A DNA stretch of 41,923 nucleotides from Ignisphaera sp. (GCA_038821645.1 JAWBDT010000003.1:1-41923), one strand, 5' to 3'; counted from the first letter of the stretch, positions 10,218-20,202 are shown. The notes: generated by a model from the letters alone, not told the origin. Numbers and translations: made by a program.

Positions 10218-10748
10218 CTATTCAAGTCTATTACCATAGCTATTAATATAGGTTATATCACCTAGACTTTTTCTAGATCTAAGTTGCGGAGATTCGGCTG
10301 GATAACCAAGGGCAATCATGGATATAGGGATATAGTTTGATGGTAAATTAAGTATCTTCTGTATATCTCCTATGTTCTTAAGTGTCTGGAGCCACACAGT
10401 TCCAAGACCTAAAGCATGTGCAGCTAGCATTACGTACATTGTTGCATTAGCGCAATCAACTTGATAGGAATCTGGAGAGACATTTTTATCACATGCAATC
10501 ACTATACCTATAGGTGCCTCATTTAACGGATATGCCCATGGGTGAATAGCAGCAAGTTTTGTTTTGATTTCCTTATCTGTAACAACTATGAAAATCCATG
10601 GCTGTCTATTGCCTGCGCTAGGAGCATATCTAGCTATGTCAAGAATTCTCTTCACAGTCTCCATATCGATGGGATCTGGTTTGAATTTTCTAATGCTTCT
10701 TCTAGTTAGTAAAAATTTTATCAAGATTTCTTTTTCAGATATATTCAT
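10218..10748 (-). CDS. Nitroreductase family protein
   Basis: RRSIRKF, APSAGNRQPW, LAAHALGLGTVW, ALGYP. Confidence 0.92.
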   Translation of the reverse strand: MNISEKEILIKFLLTRRSIRKFKPDPIDMETVKRILDIARYAPSAGNRQPWIFIVVTDKEIKTKLAAIHPWAYPLNEAPIGIVIACDKNVSPDSYQVDCANATMYVMLAAHALGLGTVWLQTLKNIGDIQKILNLPSNYIPISMIALGYPAESPQLRSRKSLGDITYINSYGNRLE

Positions 10749-11148
10749 AGTTAAACCCCATATTTTTTACACGCTACCCATATATTAACTGTATTTGTGG
10801 TAATATGAATCTCGTAAACAACAATGTATATTGTTAAATATATTAGATATAATAGACTAAGATATTTTGATATAGTAAGCTATTTTATTATTAACCTATA
10901 CCTCTTTATGATTCTTTAGATTTATAGAGCCGATTGACAAAAAGTATTGACGATCTTTATCATTTCAATTAGTGCGAGACATTATTATCCACAGCAAATA
11001 TTATTCCAATAATTAAGTATACATTGATATTATGTTATGAATAGAATATTATGAATAGAGGTAATTGTTGAAGACACTATAGAAAGTGATGAATGTAAAC
11101 TATTTAACTGAGGATACAGATGAAATTAAGTATCTAAGGTGAGTATTA

Positions 11149-11826
11149 ATGGATGTTACCACACTAGTTTTTACAACAATAGCTGTTTCTTCATCTGGAG
11201 CTCTAAGTCCAGGACCTCTGACTGTAGCTACATTAGCTATAGGGTCAAAGTATGGATGGAAGGGAGGAGGATATATAGCATTGGGTCATATGATGTTTGA
11301 ATTACTATATATTTTCACATTGTACTTCTTCATATCGTATATTAGAGATCTCTTGGAAGGATTTGTAGGTGATGTAGTTACTATTGTAGGAGCAGGAATG
11401 GTTATATTCTTTGCTATAATGTTGTTGAAAGACTCCTTTAGAAAATTGAGAACAATTAGATATCACACATCTATAGATGGAAATGTTGATAGTAAATGGA
11501 TAAAACTTTCAAAGAGTCCTATTTTGATAGGTGTTATTTTTACAGGATTAAACATATGGTTTCTCCTTTGGTGGCTTAGTATAGGCTTTGGGCTCCTAAT
11601 GTATGTATCCGATATGGGTTTAACTGCTATCGGTATAATGTATCTAAGCCATGTATGGATAGATTTTGCTTGGCTTATCCTTGTTGCAGAAACAAGCAAA
11701 AGAGGGACGCAACTTGTTGGAGCTAGAGGTTACTACTTGTTCATGGTCTTTTTAGGAACACTATTACTTGTGTTTGGGCTAAACATAGCTCTAAAGAGAT
11801 TTGCATTAGTGTCACTGTTGCCTTAA
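11149..11826 (+). CDS. LysE family translocator
   Basis: SGALSPGPL, GH..FE, N.WFLLWW; multiple TM helices; GGTGA RBS. Confidence 0.85.
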   Translation: MDVTTLVFTTIAVSSSGALSPGPLTVATLAIGSKYGWKGGGYIALGHMMFELLYIFTLYFFISYIRDLLEGFVGDVVTIVGAGMVIFFAIMLLKDSFRKLRTIRYHTSIDGNVDSKWIKLSKSPILIGVIFTGLNIWFLLWWLSIGFGLLMYVSDMGLTAIGIMYLSHVWIDFAWLILVAETSKRGTQLVGARGYYLFMVFLGTLLLVFGLNIALKRFALVSLLP

Positions 11827-11873
11827 GCTTTTTAACCTTCACTATTTGGCTAAAATGCTGGTGATAAATTTTT

Positions 11874-13022
11874 GTGGTTGAAGGCGAGATTCATGTAACA
11901 CCTTGGGAAGCTGAAGCATTTGTAGATTACGACAAATTGATAAAAATATTTGGAGCCAAACCTCTATCAGAACAAGAAGTAGATATGCTCAAGAGATACA
12001 CAAATGAAGATCATGTAATGCTTCGAAGAAGGGTATTCTACTCTCATAGAGATCTTGATATATACCTAAACAAATATGGTGAGGGTAAGAGGTGTGTTCT
12101 TTATACAGGTCGAGGTCCCTCAGGTTCTACTCATCTCGGTCATCTACTTCCATGGATTTTTACAAAATGGTTGCAAGATAGAATGAATCTTCATCTCTTT
12201 TTCCAGATGACTGATGACGAAAAATTTCTGCATGGTAATGATAAAAGTTTGGAGGAATACAACAGTTATGCGTACGAGAATATGCTGGACCTAATAGCTC
12301 TGGGTATGGATGCAGATAAAACTCATGTTATAATAGATACAGAAGATATACGATATCTATACCCTATAGCTGTTAGGGTAGCGAAGAAGATAACATTTTC
12401 CACACAGAAGTCAGCATTTGGGTTCACAGAATCAACAAACGTTGGCATGATCTTCTATCCTGTTCTGCAGATATCTGTAGCTTTTCTGCCAACAGATCTA
12501 TTTAATGAGCCTACAGAAGTATTGATTCCCGCTGCTATAGACCAAGATCCTTACTGGAGAATAGCTAGAGATATAGCTTCATCGTTAGGTTATCCAAAGC
12601 CTGCGCAAATACATTGCAAGCTTCTCCCAGGTCTAGACGTAGGTGGAAAAATGTCTTCATCTAAACCTGAATCAGCAGTATATACCACAGATCCACCTGA
12701 AGTAGCTTATAAAAAGATCTTGAGGTCATATACTGGTGGTCAACCTACAATAGAACTTCAAAGAAAATTAGGTGGAAATCCAGATCTATGTCCGGTATAT
12801 AAGATGTACGAGATGATGTTTGAAGAAGATGATCAAAAGCTTTTCGAGCGATACAGCTCTTGTAAACTAGGGAATATTCTGTGTGGTGAGTGCAAAAAAG
12901 AGTTAGCTGAAAGAGTGTCAAGATTTATAAAAGATCATCAGCTGAAGCGAAGAAGGGCTGTAGATCTTATCGATAAGTATCTCATAAGGAATAAGTTTGC
13001 CTTACCTCCGATTAGAAGATGA
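11874..13022 (+). CDS. trpS: Tryptophanyl-tRNA synthetase (archaeal type)
   Basis: VTPWE, YTGRGPS..HLGH, TDDEK, AIDQDPY, KMSSS; TATA-like TTTTTAA at 11829-11835 and GGTGA RBS. Confidence 0.96.
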   Translation: MVEGEIHVTPWEAEAFVDYDKLIKIFGAKPLSEQEVDMLKRYTNEDHVMLRRRVFYSHRDLDIYLNKYGEGKRCVLYTGRGPSGSTHLGHLLPWIFTKWLQDRMNLHLFFQMTDDEKFLHGNDKSLEEYNSYAYENMLDLIALGMDADKTHVIIDTEDIRYLYPIAVRVAKKITFSTQKSAFGFTESTNVGMIFYPVLQISVAFLPTDLFNEPTEVLIPAAIDQDPYWRIARDIASSLGYPKPAQIHCKLLPGLDVGGKMSSSKPESAVYTTDPPEVAYKKILRSYTGGQPTIELQRKLGGNPDLCPVYKMYEMMFEEDDQKLFERYSSCKLGNILCGECKKELAERVSRFIKDHQLKRRRAVDLIDKYLIRNKFALPPIRR

Positions 13023-13053
13023 GAACTTAACTAGGTATCATAACTTTGTAGAA

Positions 13054-13872
13054 TTAGTTGCCGAAGGTTTTCTTAAGTGTTTCGCCAGTTACTATGAGTA
13101 CAGAATTTTTAGGTACTTTAAATAGTCTTGCAATTACATCGCATTTAGCTCTTAGTAGATGGAGAGATGATGTTTTTCCTCCCTCTATATATGCTTCAGC
13201 ATTAGCTATACCTTTGGCTACAACAAAACCTTTATCTATGTATAGTACAGGTGATAGGTTTCCATGAGTTTCAATAACATCTATATTGTTGAGTTCGATA
13301 TCATTTCGCAGAACATCTATCTCATAGCTCTCTTTTCTAACCACTATAGAGACCCTATAGCCATTTAGCTTAAATGCTTTAGCGAGTAGTAAATCTATAG
13401 CAGCTTCACCTGCATTATCAAGCACTATATACACATCTATATTCTTTGGAATCTCGACTTCCTCCTCAATAACAGGTTTATCCCATATGCACTCCTCTAT
13501 GTTCTTAGCTTCGTAGCCCAGAACAGATGTATCAACAATATTTGCTGCAGCAGATATTCTTAGAGCTTCACGAAGATTCCATCCAACGCTTTCCAAGTAC
13601 TTCTCAACAATAGCTGAAAGCTTTTTACCTACTTTATTTAGCTCTTTTTTGACATCCATATAAGGATCAGGGTTTTCTGTAAGTTGTTTCACGATGTTAA
13701 AGGAGTAAGTGAAAGCATATGTTCTGCTGTAGTTTTTTCTGATTATATTGGCTAGCTCTATCAGCATTTTATCAAGTAGCTCAACCCTCTTTAGATTTAT
13801 TATGTCTTTTGATCTAGAGTATATTAGACACAGTTTACATAAATCATTATCGATCCACAAGACTATTAACAA
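13054..13872 (-). CDS. DUF89/ARMT1-like metal-dependent phosphatase
   Basis: N-terminal CxxC, DPY...K..LN, AAN..D, LDNAGE...D, AKG.AN.E, AKC; start may be TTG 13860. Confidence 0.8.
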   Translation of the reverse strand: MLIVLWIDNDLCKLCLIYSRSKDIINLKRVELLDKMLIELANIIRKNYSRTYAFTYSFNIVKQLTENPDPYMDVKKELNKVGKKLSAIVEKYLESVGWNLREALRISAAANIVDTSVLGYEAKNIEECIWDKPVIEEEVEIPKNIDVYIVLDNAGEAAIDLLLAKAFKLNGYRVSIVVRKESYEIDVLRNDIELNNIDVIETHGNLSPVLYIDKGFVVAKGIANAEAYIEGGKTSSLHLLRAKCDVIARLFKVPKNSVLIVTGETLKKTFGN

Positions 13873-14875
13873 CCTCTATAACTTTCTTTAGATCTTCTAC
13901 ACTTATATCTCCCATAACTCCTATCCTTATGGTATTGTTCTTTAGCTCACCCATACCTCCAGCAATTACATAGCCATGCTTCTTTAGTTCATTAATTATC
14001 TCTGTAGGCTTATCGGCATAGAATGCCGTTACTGTATAGCTTCTCAATGGCTCTTCTGCTACAGGTTTCAATTTAAGTGATTTATATAGCAGCTCAGCTT
14101 TCTGTTTATGTAGTTCATGGTATGTCTCTACCCCCATACTCAATATAATCTCTAGAGCTGCATCCAGTCCATATATAACATTTATAGGTGGTGTATATGG
14201 GGGATCTGCTTTATCGAGTCTCTCTATGAATTTTCTGAGGTTCATTGATGGTGGAAGAGGTGATTTTGCTCTTGGCTCTACGTTAATGTAGATTATTGCT
14301 CCTCCTGGAGGCGCCATAAAGGCTTTTTGTGTAGCTGTTGCAACTACATCAATTCTATGTCTTATTGGTTCAGCAGGTAATGCTGAAACACTATCAACTA
14401 TTAATATTGCTCCTAATCCTTCAGCTATTTTCTGTAGTTTATCTAGATATCTATTGGTTACACCTACACTAGTTTCGTTATGTACTACTGTTATAGCTCT
14501 TATGTTCTTCAGTTTCTTAGCGAAATCTTCAACAACATCTGGTGATGGTGGATGTATACGGTACCTAAGCTCATAAACTTTTGCACCTCTGGATCTAGCT
14601 GATTCAGAAATTCTTTCACCAAACTCTCCATGAACTATAGCGACTACCTCTTCTCCTGGATCTATGTAATTGTATATGGCAGTATCTACAGCAAACGTAC
14701 CTGTGCCAGGCGCTATAATGGAAGTTCCTTTGTAGACTTTAGCTAAATTATCTAGAACTCTCCTAAGGGTTTTTCTAAATTCATCAATTCTATGAAATTC
14801 CGGTTGTTTTGCTATAGCTTCTATAACCTTCTTCGGTAATTGAACAGGACCTGGAGTGAGAAACTTCATCTCCAT
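13847..14875 (-). CDS. Class V PLP aminotransferase (serine-pyruvate/phosphoserine aminotransferase-like)
   Basis: LTPGPV, GTGT, VHNETS, VDSVS, TQKAF.APPG, RIGVMG. Confidence 0.9.
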   Translation of the reverse strand: MEMKFLTPGPVQLPKKVIEAIAKQPEFHRIDEFRKTLRRVLDNLAKVYKGTSIIAPGTGTFAVDTAIYNYIDPGEEVVAIVHGEFGERISESARSRGAKVYELRYRIHPPSPDVVEDFAKKLKNIRAITVVHNETSVGVTNRYLDKLQKIAEGLGAILIVDSVSALPAEPIRHRIDVVATATQKAFMAPPGGAIIYINVEPRAKSPLPPSMNLRKFIERLDKADPPYTPPINVIYGLDAALEIILSMGVETYHELHKQKAELLYKSLKLKPVAEEPLRSYTVTAFYADKPTEIINELKKHGYVIAGGMGELKNNTIRIGVMGDISVEDLKKVIEVVNSLVDR

Positions 14876-15794
14876 CTAATCGCCTCCATAATGTTTTCGA
14901 TAAGTTCATCAGATATTCTCTCTAGAGCTTCAACAGTTTCAGCACCAATATGTGGTGTTACTATAACCTTGGGATGTTTTATGAGCTCGAGGAGATGAGG
15001 AGATCTTGGAGGTTCTTCTTCAAGAACATCAAGAGCTACACCTCCAAGTCTATCTATATGTTTTAAGAGTGCAACACTATCTATGACTTCACCTCTGCTT
15101 GTGTTCACGATTATTGCTCCGTCTCTAACTAGAGATAGTGTATGATCATTAATCATATGGTACGTCTGTGGAGTTAATGGTACATGAAGTGATATGATAT
15201 GACTCTCCTTAAGAAGTGTTTCGAGATCAACTTGTTTTCCACCGATAACAGACATCTCTAAACTGACATCTCTTACATCATGTACTAAGAGCTTCATGCC
15301 CATAGCTTTGGCATACATACCGACTCTACTACCTATCTTCCCAAATCCTATTATCCCAATAGTTTTTCCATGAAGCTCAAAACCTCCATAACGACCCTTA
15401 GGCCACTCACCTTTCTTAGCCCCATCAATATAGAGGTAGAGATTTCGAGCAGCAGCAATCATGAGCCCTATCGTTAGTTCAGCAACACTTATACATGATG
15501 CTTGCGGAGCATTTACAATAGCTATACCTTTACTAACCGCATAATCAATATCAATGTTATCTAGGCCTATTCCATATCTAGCGAGTATCTTTAATCTCTT
15601 TCCTCTGTCAATAACCTCTTTATCTATTTTGAGACGACCTCTGAATATGAGTATATCGTATTGTTCAACTATCTCGAGAAGAGATTGGTAATCAATTCCA
15701 GGTCTATAATCAACATCTATAGCTCTATCCCTAAGTTTGTTTATTGTTTTTTCTGATACTTTATCAACTATTAATGCACGTAATTTATCGACAA
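14866..15794 (-). CDS. serA: D-3-phosphoglycerate dehydrogenase-like; extends about 110 codons upstream of the ORF-track start; start codon out of frame
   Basis: Frame open from about 15790: DKLRALIVD...ARYGIGLDNID...NAP...VAELTIGLM, then GIIGFGKIG, HVPLT, NTSRG, LDV.EEEP, TPHIGA. Confidence 0.85.
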
Positions 15795-16042
15795 AAGTGA
15801 TTCACCACATCATTGCTTCTAACTGTGGACTATATAAGTTTAGCTGAATAAAGAGAAAACTGAGTAGATGTTGATTCTGGAAGGTGTTAATGTACTGATC
15901 TTTAATAAGGAGTACATGCAGAGGTACCGGTTCCACACCATAAAGATACAGATTTCTGTATGTAGCCATTATCGCTACATATATAAATTTGGTGTAGGAG
16001 AATCTCGATCTCAGTATCGTTAGTATTACGAGGGAGATAGGT

Positions 16043-17335
16043 ATGGATAGTACATATAATGATGGGGTATTTTTTAGAGAAATATATCCATTTCATGATG
16101 TTCCACGCATAGGTCACATAGATGATCGTGAAATAGTTGAAAATCTTAATAAGATATATTTGACGGATACAACATTAAGAGATGGTCAGCAAGGATGGAG
16201 GGTATTTAGTGTAGAAGAATGTGAAAAAATATATGAACTTTTAGCAGATATCGGTAGAGCTATAACAAGTACTGAAGTATTTCTATATACTGATAAAGAT
16301 AGAGAAGTTGTCAAAAGGTTAATCAGTTATGGTTATGAGTATCCTAAGGTAATAGGCTGGATTAGAGCTACACATTCCGATTTGCAACTAGTTATAGACA
16401 TAGGCTTAGATGAAACAATAATACTCACATCTATATCAGATTACCACATAAGATACAAGTTTGGTGTAACACGTGAAGAAGCTATTAAGAAGTATCTAGA
16501 GGTTGTTGAGAAGGCTCTGAGCCATGGAATAGCTGTAAGAGCTTCTCTTGAGGATATAACTAGAGCTGATATCCATGGAGCTGTCATCCCCTTTGTTAAA
16601 AAACTGTTAGAACTTAGCGAAAGATACAGAGTTCCTGTAAAGATAAAGCTACCAGATACCCTCGGATTAGGGCTACCTTTCTATGAAGTGTCATTGCCGA
16701 GAAGCATACCGAGGATAGTGAAGACTATAAGAAGCTTAGGGATTCCACAAGAGTATATAGAGTTCCATGCACATAACGATTTAGGTCTTGCTGTAGCTAA
16801 TCAGATTGCTGCATGGATATATGGAGCAGCAGCAGCTAACTGCACCATATTCGGTATAGGTGAGAGATCCGGTAACTGTCCTCTAGAGATCATGGCCATA
16901 CATTACGCAGGTATAAAAGGATCACAAGATATCAACCTCAGAGCGATATCCAAGATACCCGAAGTTTTTGATAAAATGGGTTATAGAGCTGTAGAACATT
17001 ATCCTATACTTGGCAAAAATGCCTTTAGGACTAAAGCCGGAATACACGTTGATGGACTTATGAAAAATCCTGAAGTCTATCTACCATTTGATCCTATAAA
17101 GGTCTTAGGGATACCTTATTCAGTATCTATAACGCCTTATGCAGGTAGATCAGCTATAGTGTTATGGATAAGGAATTACCTCGGCTACAATGGTATAAGT
17201 AAAGATGATCCGAGAGTGATTGAGACATACAATGATATTGTTGAGTATTTCAATATGTCAGGAAGAACAGAACCTTTAACAGATGAAGAAGTAGAGAGAT
17301 TTATTAAGAAACATTTTCCCGAGCTATTCAGATAA
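16043..17335 (+). CDS. DRE-TIM metallolyase (LeuA/NifV family), most like Re-citrate synthase
   Basis: REIYPFHDVPRI, TDTTLRDGQQ, E.FLYT.KD, YP.V.GWIRA, SDYHI, EDITRADI, LPRS, HAHND, GIGERSGNCPLE, AGIHVDGL.KN; no LeuA regulatory domain. Confidence 0.8.
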   Translation: MDSTYNDGVFFREIYPFHDVPRIGHIDDREIVENLNKIYLTDTTLRDGQQGWRVFSVEECEKIYELLADIGRAITSTEVFLYTDKDREVVKRLISYGYEYPKVIGWIRATHSDLQLVIDIGLDETIILTSISDYHIRYKFGVTREEAIKKYLEVVEKALSHGIAVRASLEDITRADIHGAVIPFVKKLLELSERYRVPVKIKLPDTLGLGLPFYEVSLPRSIPRIVKTIRSLGIPQEYIEFHAHNDLGLAVANQIAAWIYGAAAANCTIFGIGERSGNCPLEIMAIHYAGIKGSQDINLRAISKIPEVFDKMGYRAVEHYPILGKNAFRTKAGIHVDGLMKNPEVYLPFDPIKVLGIPYSVSITPYAGRSAIVLWIRNYLGYNGISKDDPRVIETYNDIVEYFNMSGRTEPLTDEEVERFIKKHFPELFR

Positions 17336-17387
17336 GAAAAGGTATCGAATTACTACAACACTAATAACATTGTTCTGGTGTATAATT

Positions 17388-18644
17388 TTGGGCCTAATAG
17401 ATACACTCCTATCTAAAGTAGTAGGTAAAGATGTTGTACCAGGGGATATAACAGTAGTTGATGTAGATGTTATATATGCACAAGACGGTACAGCACCATT
17501 AGTTATAGATGTTATAGAAAAAGAACTCGGTGTTGACAAGCTTCTGGCTTCGGATAGAACATTCTTCTTCATAGATCACTCATCGCCAGCACCTCATATC
17601 TCTGCAGCTACTGTTCATAAGGAGATGAGGAGATTTGGTAAAAAACATGGCATACACGTATATGATGTAGGTAACGGGATATGTCATCAAGTTGTTGTAG
17701 ATGAAGGTATTGTAAGGCCTGGTATGATCGTTATGGGGGCAGACAGTCATACACCTACTGTGGGTGCTCTAGGACTTTTTGCGCTTGGTGTGGGAAGTAC
17801 TGATGCAGCTATAGCTATAGCCTATGGAAAGCAATGGGTAAGAGTTCCACCAACAATGAAAATAGTTCTGCTAGGTGTTCCCCAAATAGGTGTAATGTCT
17901 AAAGACATAATACTTAGCATCATAGGTGAATTTGGTACGGATGGAATGATAGGTAAAGCTGTAGAATTCCATGGTGATACACTTAGACATCTATCTATGG
18001 ATGCTAGACTTACGTTAACCAACATGTGTACAGAAATGAGTGCAGAATCTGCTGTTATACCTGTTGATGATGTAACTAATGCATGGCTTAAGGAGAGAAA
18101 CTTCACACACTATAGGTTCATAGACTATGATCCAAAGAGATCGAATTTCATTGATGAGGCTGTATTTGAGGTAGATAAGATAGAGCCTGTTGTAGCAGCA
18201 CCACCAGATGTAGATAATGTTGTTACAGTAAATGAGGTTAGTAATGTCGAAATAGATCAAGTGTTCGTAGGATCTTGTACTAATGGTAGGCTTGAAGATA
18301 TGGAAATAGTTGCCCGAATACTAAATAAGAGAAAGGTCCATAGAAACGTTAGATGTATTGTTTCACCAGCTTCACGAAGGGTATATATAGAGGCTCTTAA
18401 AAGAGGATACATAGATATTATTGTTGAAGCTGGATGCGTCATAGCACCACCTACATGTGGACCTTGTGTAGGAGCTCACATGGGGATATTAGGTGAAGAT
18501 GAGATAGCAGTATCAACAACAAATAGAAACTTTCCTGGAAGAATGGGGCACAAGAACAGCAAAGTCTATTTATCATCGCCAGCAGTAGCTGCAGCTTCTG
18601 CTATCGAAGGAAAGATAGCTGACCCTAGGAAATATCTTTCTTAG
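17388..18644 (+). CDS. LeuC/homoaconitase-type dehydratase large subunit
   Basis: QDGT, DH, GICHQ, GADSHT, GSCTNGR, CGPCVG, STTNRNF.GRMG; likely start TTG 17388 after GGTG. Confidence 0.9.
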   Translation: MGLIDTLLSKVVGKDVVPGDITVVDVDVIYAQDGTAPLVIDVIEKELGVDKLLASDRTFFFIDHSSPAPHISAATVHKEMRRFGKKHGIHVYDVGNGICHQVVVDEGIVRPGMIVMGADSHTPTVGALGLFALGVGSTDAAIAIAYGKQWVRVPPTMKIVLLGVPQIGVMSKDIILSIIGEFGTDGMIGKAVEFHGDTLRHLSMDARLTLTNMCTEMSAESAVIPVDDVTNAWLKERNFTHYRFIDYDPKRSNFIDEAVFEVDKIEPVVAAPPDVDNVVTVNEVSNVEIDQVFVGSCTNGRLEDMEIVARILNKRKVHRNVRCIVSPASRRVYIEALKRGYIDIIVEAGCVIAPPTCGPCVGAHMGILGEDEIAVSTTNRNFPGRMGHKNSKVYLSSPAVAAASAIEGKIADPRKYLS

Positions 18645-18646
18645 AG

Positions 18647-19177
18647 GTGGTAAACCTGATTATAAGAGGCAGATGTTGGAAATTAAGTGACAATATAAGT
18701 ACAGACCATATAATATCAGGTAAATACAAGTTTAGTGCTATTGATAAAATAGAGGCCATGGTTCCGCACGTTCTCGAGGAGGTTATTCCAGAATTCTACA
18801 AAAAAGTCAATAAGGGAGATATAATAGTTGCTGGAAGAAATTTTGGGAAAGGATCAAGCAGAGAACAAGCTCCAAGGCTTCTAAAGATCGTTGGTGTGGC
18901 AGCTATAGTTGCAAAAAGTTTTGCTCATATATTCTACAGAAACTCAATAAATATAGGGTTGCTTGTTATTGTTGCACAAAAAATACCTGACGTTACTGAG
19001 ACCGGAGATATTGTGGAGATAGATATTAGTAAAGGTGTGGTAAAGAATTTAACTAAAGATATTGAAGAACAGATAGCTCCTTTTCCAGGAGAACTAGCTG
19101 TTATAGTTGAAGCAGGAGGCATTATAGAGTACATTAAGAGATATGGTGGCCCTCCATGGCAAAAAGGTACAAGATAG
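18647..19177 (+). CDS. LeuD/homoaconitase-type dehydratase small subunit
   Basis: DNISTDHII, AGRNFGKGSSREQA, SFA.IFYRN. Confidence 0.9.
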   Translation: MVNLIIRGRCWKLSDNISTDHIISGKYKFSAIDKIEAMVPHVLEEVIPEFYKKVNKGDIIVAGRNFGKGSSREQAPRLLKIVGVAAIVAKSFAHIFYRNSINIGLLVIVAQKIPDVTETGDIVEIDISKGVVKNLTKDIEEQIAPFPGELAVIVEAGGIIEYIKRYGGPPWQKGTR

Positions 19178-20202
19178 GTGTTATTAGAGGCGATGGAATA
19201 GGTCCCGAAATAATTGATTCGACATTAGAAGTTCTTCAGCACCTTAATCCAGGTATAGATTTTGTAGAGATTTCTGCAGGATACGAATACTATAAGAAAA
19301 CAGGTAAAGCAGTAGAAGATACATTCTTTGATACTATTAGAAATCTTGATGCAGTTTTGAAGGGCCCTCTCTATACACCTCCTCACGATCCTAATTTCAA
19401 GAGTATAAATATACTTATTAGAAGAGAACTAGATCTCTATGCAAATATACGTCCTTTCAAGAGTTTTCGTGGTGTTTCTCAGAAAGTGTTCAATATAGTT
19501 ATCTTTAGGGAGAATACCGAAGGCGAATATGTAGGTATAGAGGGCATGTTTAATAATATAGCAATCTCATTAAGAATCATAAGTGAGAAGGGGTCTAGAA
19601 GGATATGTGATCTAGCTTTTAGATATGCAAAACTTCTTGGATTTAATAAGGTGTCAGTAGTACATAAAGCAAATATACTTAAGGTAAGTGATGGACTATT
19701 TAGAAGAATATTCTTTGATGTTGCTAAGAATTATCCAGATATACTAGCTAATGAGATTATAGTTGATACTGCTGCTTACATGCTTGTCAAAAATCCTGAA
19801 GATCTACAGATTCTCGTTACACCTAACCTCTATGGCGATATACTTTCAGACCTAGTTGGAGGACTTATGGGGAGCCTAGGTCTATGTGGATCAGCGCTAA
19901 TAGGTGATACAATAGGTGTTTTTGAGCCTATACATGGTGTCGCTATGGATATAGCTGGTAAAGGTATAGCTAATCCTGTAGGAGCAATGATGGCTGCTAA
20001 AATGATGCTTGAGTACCTAGCTCAAAGATACACCGATTCAACTCTTATTGAAAAGGCTAGAGCATTAGAGAACTCTATTTATATCGTTATAGAGGATAAA
20101 AAGATTTGGACACCTGATCTTGGAGGAAACTATAAAACGAGAGATGTAGCTAAAGCAGTAACAGAAGAACTAAACAAGGTGTTGTATACTTCGCCTAAAT
20201 AA
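19156..20202 (+). CDS. Isocitrate/isopropylmalate dehydrogenase family; isocitrate-type motifs, probably NAD-dependent
   Basis: GDGIGPE, LKGPLYTP, KSINILIRRELDLYAN, RENTEG, HKANI, NLYGDILSD, EPIHG.A.DIAGKG.ANP. Confidence 0.85.
   Translation: MAKRYKIGVIRGDGIGPEIIDSTLEVLQHLNPGIDFVEISAGYEYYKKTGKAVEDTFFDTIRNLDAVLKGPLYTPPHDPNFKSINILIRRELDLYANIRPFKSFRGVSQKVFNIVIFRENTEGEYVGIEGMFNNIAISLRIISEKGSRRICDLAFRYAKLLGFNKVSVVHKANILKVSDGLFRRIFFDVAKNYPDILANEIIVDTAAYMLVKNPEDLQILVTPNLYGDILSDLVGGLMGSLGLCGSALIGDTIGVFEPIHGVAMDIAGKGIANPVGAMMAAKMMLEYLAQRYTDSTLIEKARALENSIYIVIEDKKIWTPDLGGNYKTRDVAKAVTEELNKVLYTSPK

Noticed and set aside
11086-11142. GTGATGA...CTGA...AGATGA...GTGA resembling a box C/D RNA
   Set aside because: Spacers are 15 nt and very AT-rich, the final box is the lysE RBS, and the region contains the lysE TATA-like box
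15902-16117. 71 aa minus-strand ORF
   Set aside because: Overlaps the promoter and start of the synthase gene; no coding signal
16043-20202. Plain leuA/leuC/leuD/leuB gene symbols
   Set aside because: Synthase and dehydrogenase motifs fit citrate/isocitrate better; symbols withheld
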